Shown: piece after piece, positions 58,040-64,000 of the stretch | How the letters are laid out: each line of letters begins with the position of its first letter | How positions within the stretch are numbered: the first letter of the stretch is position 1 | From: Dehalococcoidia bacterium | GTDB lineage: Bacteria; Chloroflexota; Dehalococcoidia; Plut-88900 | NCBI GenBank assembly: GCA_965207225.1 | Contig: CBDBLV010000005.1 | Location: 1,696,001-1,760,000, forward strand | Reading direction: 5' to 3' | DNA length: 64,000 nt | Position numbers and translations under genes: made by a program | Notes under the pieces: generated by a model | Databases searched by the model: none | The model's input: the letters and a program-made list of their open reading frames with translations, nothing else | Told to the model about the DNA's origin: nothing

Positions 58040-59200
58040 ATGGGCTATGACATCATATCGGCAGACACACATCTCGACATAACATGGCTTCCAGGCGACA
58101 TGTTTGTCGAAGGGGCGCCTGCGGCCATGAAGGACCGCATGCCCCGCATCAAGGACACCGATAGCGGCCCCCGCTGGATGGTGCATGAGACTGATATCGC
58201 AGGGGTCGGGGGTGGGGGTCTGACCGGAAACTTCAGCAAGTACGTCCGGGGCCAGTCCAAGCTCCTGGACAAGATGGACGACGTCGGCTTCTTCTCCGGC
58301 ATCGACGAGGGTATCTACCACCCATCCGATATCGACCTCCGCATCAAAGACCAGGACATAGATGGCATAGACGCCGAGGTAATGTACGGCATTCTCGCCA
58401 TTGGTGGGGGCGCATTCTCAATTCCCGGATTCGAAGACCCGAGGGTCCTGGCCACGGTCTATGACGTCTACAACGCGTGGGTCGGCGATTTCGTAAAGGC
58501 CAACCCGCAGAGGCTAGCCGCCCTTGGCTGCCTCAGTGTCCACGACCCCCAGGACGCCGCCCGACAGCTGCGCCTCGCCGCCGACTCCGGCCTGCGCGGC
58601 GCCGAGATCAACGTGAAGAAGATGACCAAGCCCATGTATCACAGTGCCTGGGACCCGCTATGGGAGACCTCCCAGGAGCTCGGCATGCCTGTATCTTTCC
58701 ACACTTTGGGTCTCGAATTACGCGCACCCGACCCCGAGGACGAGGCCGAATTCGGCCCGATCTACCATGGCATGACCACCGTCACCTTCCAGCTTTCCGG
58801 CGCCGAGATAGTGTCGGGCGTGGTCCTCTCCGGCGCCTGCGAAAGGTACCCGGACTTCAAGTTTGTGCTTGGCGAGTGCGGCATCGGTTGGATTCCCTAC
58901 GTTGTCGAACGCCTCGACATGGAATATGAAGACAAGTTCTTCCGCCTGGGCCTCAACCTCAAGCCCAGCGAGTACTGGCGCAGACAGGGCTATTCCACCT
59001 TCCAGTACGAATACGTCTCCATGGACCAGGTCAACAGAATCGGCGTGGACAGCATCATGTGGGGTTCCGACTACCCCCACCCCGACGGTGTCTTCCCCGA
59101 GTCCCGCAAGGTCATCCAGGAGACCCTCGGCCACCTTGAGCCCGACGTCTACCGAAAGATAGTCTGCGAAAACGCCGCCAACCTCTACGGATTCAATTAG
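58040..59200 (+). CDS. Amidohydrolase_2 family protein
   Basis: SADTH, FH, ECGIGW, WGSDYPH. Confidence 0.9.
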   Translation: MGYDIISADTHLDITWLPGDMFVEGAPAAMKDRMPRIKDTDSGPRWMVHETDIAGVGGGGLTGNFSKYVRGQSKLLDKMDDVGFFSGIDEGIYHPSDIDLRIKDQDIDGIDAEVMYGILAIGGGAFSIPGFEDPRVLATVYDVYNAWVGDFVKANPQRLAALGCLSVHDPQDAARQLRLAADSGLRGAEINVKKMTKPMYHSAWDPLWETSQELGMPVSFHTLGLELRAPDPEDEAEFGPIYHGMTTVTFQLSGAEIVSGVVLSGACERYPDFKFVLGECGIGWIPYVVERLDMEYEDKFFRLGLNLKPSEYWRRQGYSTFQYEYVSMDQVNRIGVDSIMWGSDYPHPDGVFPESRKVIQETLGHLEPDVYRKIVCENAANLYGFN

Positions 59201-59215
59201 GCTGATAAGGGAGCG

Positions 59216-59257
59216 AAAGAAGAAGGCCCCACCGGCAACGGCGGGGCCTTCTTCTTT
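59216..59257. terminator. Bidirectional intrinsic terminator between convergent genes
   Basis: AAAGAAGAAGGCCCC-N12-GGGGCCTTCTTCTTT. Confidence 0.85.
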
Positions 59258-59272
59258 CCATGAGGGTAATGC

Positions 59273-60571
59273 TTAGGGCTCTCTGGAAGCCCCGTTGCTA
59301 TGCGAAGTGAACTCCGGGTCTGGCGGCTGCTTCTCGCACCCTACCGCCCCGCCCAACCTCCGGAAGTCCCGAGACCTTCTCGCCAGGTGGTTGCGGAACC
59401 TGATTACCCCTATGTCCAAACCCGACAGCTTCTGTGGCAGGTCCAGGTTCAGCCGCTCCTTCTTGAATACCACTAGGTCCTCTTTTTCGTTGATCGCAAT
59501 CACCGCCGCGGGCTTGCGCCAGAAGTAGTACCACACGTCCTGCCAGAACCGGCCCAGGAAGGTCTTGGGCGTCTTGCACAGCGTGAACGTCCACATCCGG
59601 GTGTTGTGCTCGTCCAAAGGCACGCCCCAGCGCAGGTGGACAAAAGTACCGACGCACACCCGCACCTTGCTCGGCAATTCGTAGTTGTGGTTGTAAGTCG
59701 CCCAGGCATCCTCGCCCTTGGCCGCAGGCATGGAACCCGACACCGGTGCCTCCGGCGACTTCAGCTTCCGCCACCACGTCCTTTTCGGCCACTTCCCCAG
59801 CCCCGGGTACTCCGCCTGCCCGAACACAACGTTCTTCTGGTGTAGTGTAATGAAGTCCTCCCCCTCCTCCACGACCTTTACGCCGCCCGTGTGGACGGGC
59901 TTGGGCCGCCAGAAGGGCAAACGCCAGTCGATCAACCGCCAGAAGTTCAAGTTCCGGTGCAGGTAGAATTCGTGGTAATCGATGCCCTGGTTGACGGGCT
60001 CCGTCCAATTGACCTCCCAGTCCTTGACCCGCGTGTAACGCCGGTCATTTAGCGTGGTGTCCCTGAATTCCCAGGGAAAGTCCTCTTCCAGGGGCACGGG
60101 CTCCGTCTGGCCCATCCAGATGAATACGATGCCCTTCCACTCGGCGGTCGCGTACTTGCGGGAGCGCATCTTGCCGATTAACGGCGACTTGGTGTTCTCG
60201 ATAAGCCCGGCCACGCACTTGCCCGTCTCATCGAACGTGTAGCCGTGGTAAGGGCAGGTGACCGTGCCCTCGAACTCGCAGAACCCACGAGACAGCCGGG
60301 CCCCGCGGTGGGGACACCACTCGTTCAGCGCCACGACGTTGCCGTCCTTGCCCCGGAACAGCACAAGCTCATCTCCGAGCATCTTCAGGTTGACCGGCTT
60401 ACGCCCGACCTTCTTCGACCAGATTCCCGGGTACCAGTACTCCCGGAACCCGACCCTCGGCACGTAGTCAAACGGCCCGACCTGCGCCGCCCCGAAGGCC
60501 TCGTCCCCTCTGTCCGGGCGTACCTCGGTAATGCCTACGGTCTCTTCAGTTCTTGGCGCAGTGCTTACCAT
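59273..60571 (-). CDS. Rieske oxygenase (CarAa/OxoO-like)
   Basis: GFREYWYP, CPH...CPYH, DYHEFYLH, EKED. Confidence 0.88.
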   Translation of the reverse strand: MVSTAPRTEETVGITEVRPDRGDEAFGAAQVGPFDYVPRVGFREYWYPGIWSKKVGRKPVNLKMLGDELVLFRGKDGNVVALNEWCPHRGARLSRGFCEFEGTVTCPYHGYTFDETGKCVAGLIENTKSPLIGKMRSRKYATAEWKGIVFIWMGQTEPVPLEEDFPWEFRDTTLNDRRYTRVKDWEVNWTEPVNQGIDYHEFYLHRNLNFWRLIDWRLPFWRPKPVHTGGVKVVEEGEDFITLHQKNVVFGQAEYPGLGKWPKRTWWRKLKSPEAPVSGSMPAAKGEDAWATYNHNYELPSKVRVCVGTFVHLRWGVPLDEHNTRMWTFTLCKTPKTFLGRFWQDVWYYFWRKPAAVIAINEKEDLVVFKKERLNLDLPQKLSGLDIGVIRFRNHLARRSRDFRRLGGAVGCEKQPPDPEFTSHSNGASREP

Positions 60572-60587
60572 GCTTCCCTGCTTTCCT

Positions 60588-61682
60588 TTAGCCCGCCGCT
60601 GCGGCAACCGGGGCCCGGGCCACCATCATGCACTTGGACGAGTTGAAGATATGCGTCTGGATGAAGTCCACGATTTCTGCCTTGTATCCGGTCTCCGTCA
60701 GCGCGCCGGCCAGGCACACCCAGTTCAGCAACTCCTGCTGCCCCGACTCCTCAATTTGGTCCAGCGAAAGGTTCGCCCACAAATGCTGATTGCCGTCACG
60801 AAGCTCCTCGAAACGAGCGTAGTCTGCGTCGTTGTCAGGCCAGAGCAGGTGGTTCTTGGGCGTGAGAAAAGCGTGCGACCAGCTCGATGAGCCTATGAGC
60901 ACAGCCCGGTAGGGACTATCCATCAGAGCCCTCGCCGTCGCCGCCCCGACATCGAAGCACAGCCTGGGTGACGGGGCGGGTGGGTCGGGTTCCGCTCCTT
61001 CCTCGGCATTCAGATAGCTCCCGCCCCTGTTCCTCACCACGCTCGACCCATAGCAGTTCACGTGGAACGGCACCACCGGATAGTCGAAGCCCTTCCTGTC
61101 GTAGTCCAGGAACAAAAGGGTGTTCATGAAGGCGTGGGGCAAGCCGTTGAAGTGGAGGTTCCTGTAGGAGTAAGGCATCGGGTAGCCGTACTCCAGCAGC
61201 TTGGTCGTGAGGAACTTCGCTGCGTCGGGGTGGCCCCTGTGGGTGAAGGTCTTGTCGATGTCCTCGTCCCAGACGTTGAACACCTGGGTACCGTCTGGCT
61301 TGAACCACTTTCTGTGGAAAGGTTGGGTCTCGAACTTGTCGCTGATGTAGATCGAAAAGGGAGGGACGAGGTCCTCGCGAAAGTTCTCGTACTGGTCGTC
61401 GCCCCAGATCAGGACGAAGTCGGGGTTAAAATCATCGATCTCCTTGCGCAAAGCTAGGAACGCCGACACCAGCCTCTCCCGGTGCTCCGCCGCCGACGCC
61501 CCCGCATTCGCCCCATTGGGCCCGTACTCCTCCTGCATCTCCGCGGGCCAGTTCGCCTCGACCTTCATGTCTGCGGGCGTGCGGTCGCTCTCCACGTGCT
61601 TCCGAAGCTGCGAGTACATCCCCTCGTCTGGATAGATCAGGGGCGGGTAGTGCGTAGTGCCGACCAGCAAGAGCTCAGCCAT
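60588..61682 (-). CDS. Class III extradiol ring-cleavage dioxygenase (LigB-like)
   Basis: THYP, GDDQYENF, HAF, SSSWSH, GQQELLNW. Confidence 0.85.
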   Translation of the reverse strand: MAELLLVGTTHYPPLIYPDEGMYSQLRKHVESDRTPADMKVEANWPAEMQEEYGPNGANAGASAAEHRERLVSAFLALRKEIDDFNPDFVLIWGDDQYENFREDLVPPFSIYISDKFETQPFHRKWFKPDGTQVFNVWDEDIDKTFTHRGHPDAAKFLTTKLLEYGYPMPYSYRNLHFNGLPHAFMNTLLFLDYDRKGFDYPVVPFHVNCYGSSVVRNRGGSYLNAEEGAEPDPPAPSPRLCFDVGAATARALMDSPYRAVLIGSSSWSHAFLTPKNHLLWPDNDADYARFEELRDGNQHLWANLSLDQIEESGQQELLNWVCLAGALTETGYKAEIVDFIQTHIFNSSKCMMVARAPVAAAAG

Positions 61683-61841
61683 AAGACCTCCGAGGGACTA
61701 ATAATGGGTGACCCCGACGATGAGGTGAGTTTGTAGTATAGGCCAAAGCCTTTGTCAACCGCCCTTGTTGCCCCTTCTCACTCGACGAGCCTTTTGTACA
61801 ACTGTCATCCTATGTCCCGCAGAAATATGGGGTGGGACATT

Positions 61842-61880
61842 CCGCTCGCCCTGAGCGGAGTCGAAGGGTCTCAAGAGCGG
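61842..61880. repeat. REP-like family 2 copy
   Basis: CCGCTCGCCCTGAGCGGAGTCGAAGGG...GAGCGG. Confidence 0.65.
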
Positions 61881-61935
61881 AATGGGCGGGGTGCCCGTAA
61901 GCGCTTCGATTGATTGTGCGTAATGGAGCTGCAGC

Positions 61936-62904
61936 CTACGGCCTCAACAACAGCTTCCCCACCGTCCCCCGACTCGCCAACCTGATGTGCGTATCCGCCG
62001 CATCCGCCAGCGGCGTCACCGAGTCAATCGTCACCTTCAGCTCCCCCGATGCCACCCACCCGAGAACATCATTCAACCTCCACTCCATCTCCTCCCGCGT
62101 AGCTGAGTAATCAATCCCCGAAGGCCGCGTCAGGTATAGAGACCCCAGCGAGTTCAGCACCCGGGGGTTGAACGGCGGCACCGGCCCCGCCGACTGACCG
62201 CACAGCACCATGTACCCCCGACGCCTCAGGCACCGCAGGCTCTGGTCGAAGGTAGTCTTCCCGACGCTGTCGTAAACTACGTGCACCCCCGCCCCCGCCG
62301 TAATCCGCTTCACCTCGGCTTCGAAGTCCTGCTCGGTGTAGATGATCACCTCGTCTGCCCCTGCTCCCCTTGCCACTTCTGCCTTCGTCTCCGTCGATGT
62401 CGTGCCGATCACCCTCGCCCCGATTCGTTTCGCCATCTGCACCATAAGCAGCCCCAGCCCCCCGGCAGCGGCATGTACCAGGCAGGTCTCTCCTTCCTTT
62501 AGCGGGTAACAGCTGTGCACCAGGTAGTGGGCCGTTGTCCCCTGCCCCATCACCGCCGCAGCCCGCTCTAACGAGCAGTCGTCGGGGAGCCGGATCACCC
62601 GACGCGCGGGTACGTTGCTCAGCTCAGCATATGCCCCCAGCGCCCCGTAGTACCCCACCCGGTCCCCGACCCTAAACCCACTCACCTCCTGCCCCACAGC
62701 CGTGACAGTCCCGGCTCCCTCTGTCCCTGGCGTATAGGGAAGCTTCATCGGGTACTCGCCGCTGCGCTGGTAAAGGTCGCGGAAATTCACCCCGATGGCT
62801 TCCAGTTTGACCTGGACCTGGTCGGGGCCCGGGGGTGAAAGCTCGAAGTCCCGGCAGACCATCACCTCCGGCCCGCCCTGCTCTTCGACTCGGATCGCTC
62901 TCAT
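61936..62904 (-). CDS. qor: NADPH:quinone oxidoreductase (zeta-crystallin)
   Basis: GGPEV, GVNFRD, PGTEGAG, HAAAGGLG, YDSVG. Confidence 0.92.
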   Translation of the reverse strand: MRAIRVEEQGGPEVMVCRDFELSPPGPDQVQVKLEAIGVNFRDLYQRSGEYPMKLPYTPGTEGAGTVTAVGQEVSGFRVGDRVGYYGALGAYAELSNVPARRVIRLPDDCSLERAAAVMGQGTTAHYLVHSCYPLKEGETCLVHAAAGGLGLLMVQMAKRIGARVIGTTSTETKAEVARGAGADEVIIYTEQDFEAEVKRITAGAGVHVVYDSVGKTTFDQSLRCLRRRGYMVLCGQSAGPVPPFNPRVLNSLGSLYLTRPSGIDYSATREEMEWRLNDVLGWVASGELKVTIDSVTPLADAADTHIRLASRGTVGKLLLRP

Positions 62905-63029
62905 ACGTCGCATTCTAACAGGCAATCTGATTTTATATTCGGGAATTTCTGCTTCTTTACAAAGCCTCACACGATTGCGGTGACATTTTGTATACGATAC
63001 CCTTTTCAAAACACATTGGAGCGAGTGTT

Positions 63030-63815
63030 ATGGCCAGATTTCTACATAGGGCAGAAGTACAGGAAGAGAGGGACCGCATAATAGATAGCGCGGAATCTAT
63101 CCTCTACATTATCAGTCCATACATACAGATCAATTCTTGGACAAAGGAACTCATTGAAGGAACTGAGTCGGATGACATTGACGTGAATGTCATTGCAAGA
63201 CAGCAGAAAGGAAAGCGCCGGCATGTGAGAAAAACGGACGAGGAATTTCTGATGTCGTTGAACTGGGTCACAACAAGTTACTGTCCAGCCCTACACTCCA
63301 AATGCTACTTAAATGAGAATGAGGCACTTGTAACATCTATGAACCTTACCCAAGGATCTGAGTACATCAACTCGGAGATGGGAATATTAGTAGTAGCAGA
63401 AGACGAAGAAGAGTTGTACGATGATATCCTAAACGAATGCAGATACATCGAAAGCAAGAGCGAGTGTGTATCAGGGCCAAAGCGGAGGCCTGTGAGAAAC
63501 GTGGTGTACATCGAAGGCCAAGGCGTAGAGGCAAAGGGACACTTGATAAAAGGCAACAGATTTGAGGTACATACCGGATCGACGGCACTGCTTGACCCAT
63601 CGCCTTCTCTGAGTATAGAGAACTTGGCGGCGCGTGATCATTGCATAAATGAAGACTGGCTTCGTAAAGACGGACAGGTGTATCGCTTCGCTATCCCCAT
63701 CATGTTCCCAGATCCGTCTACGGCAGCTAGCGTGATATTAGGTATTAACGCTAACGGATATAGAAGGTGGAAAAGCAAGAGGGGGAAACCTCTTTCGGAG
63801 GTAAGGAGGCGCTGA
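63030..63815 (+). CDS. PLD-nuclease domain plus DUF4357 domain protein, low GC
   Basis: [23 protein letters not shown]; C-terminal F.DPSTAA..ILG..ANG...WK. Confidence 0.78.
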   Translation: MARFLHRAEVQEERDRIIDSAESILYIISPYIQINSWTKELIEGTESDDIDVNVIARQQKGKRRHVRKTDEEFLMSLNWVTTSYCPALHSKCYLNENEALVTSMNLTQGSEYINSEMGILVVAEDEEELYDDILNECRYIESKSECVSGPKRRPVRNVVYIEGQGVEAKGHLIKGNRFEVHTGSTALLDPSPSLSIENLAARDHCINEDWLRKDGQVYRFAIPIMFPDPSTAASVILGINANGYRRWKSKRGKPLSEVRRR

Positions 63816-63823
63816 AACAGTCA

Positions 63824-64000
63824 ATGACACACGACATGAAAGGCAAGGTGGCCCTGGTTACCGGCGGAGGCTCGGGTATAGGGAGGGCAACGGTCCTGGC
63901 CTTTGCGAAGCGAGGCGCGACCGTCGCTACCGTCGACGTGGACGAGGACGGATGCGCCGAGACTGCACGCCTCGCCGCCGAAGTAGGGGCCAGCATAGAC
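63824..64000 (+). CDS. SDR family oxidoreductase, 5' part
   Basis: [16 protein letters not shown]; runs off the window. Confidence 0.88.
   Translation, partial: MTHDMKGKVALVTGGGSGIGRATVLAFAKRGATVATVDVDEDGCAETARLAAEVGASID

Overview
GC-rich bacterial chromosome segment with about 55 CDS and one tRNA-Gly(TCC). It is dominated by paralog-rich catabolic enzymes: five luciferase-like monooxygenases (LLMs), two Rieske oxygenases, amidohydrolases, two phosphotriesterase-like proteins, enolase-superfamily enzymes, CoA transferases and a beta-oxidation-like cluster. This repertoire, together with a plant-type LRR lipoprotein, suggests a SAR202/Dehalococcoidia-like Chloroflexota, possibly sponge-associated (inference only). 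Main points: (1) a selenoprotein that the ORF track splits at an in-frame UGA (motif UGSCSQC, GrdB/PrdB-like, with a candidate SECIS), in a coupled operon with an uncharacterised partner, a NYN nuclease and an OYE flavoenzyme; (2) a 1.7-kb mosaic of palindromic repeats (40.4-42.1 kb) containing two covarying perfect 18-bp hairpins 880 bp apart, a flipped hairpin loop, helically phased TTCAATCAA repeats, and a consensus promoter plus RBS in front of an orphan Pro-rich ORF; (3) a small operon near the tRNA encoding a protein resembling archaeal chromatin protein CC1 and a TYW3-like protein; (4) divergent MetE-like genes with an OsmC protein and a rhodanese; (5) a triple-RidA fusion, an internally shortened PPDK, a frameshifted enolase-family gene, and low-GC PIN and PLD-DUF4357 nuclease genes. 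All family calls come from motif recognition by eye; no database searches were run.
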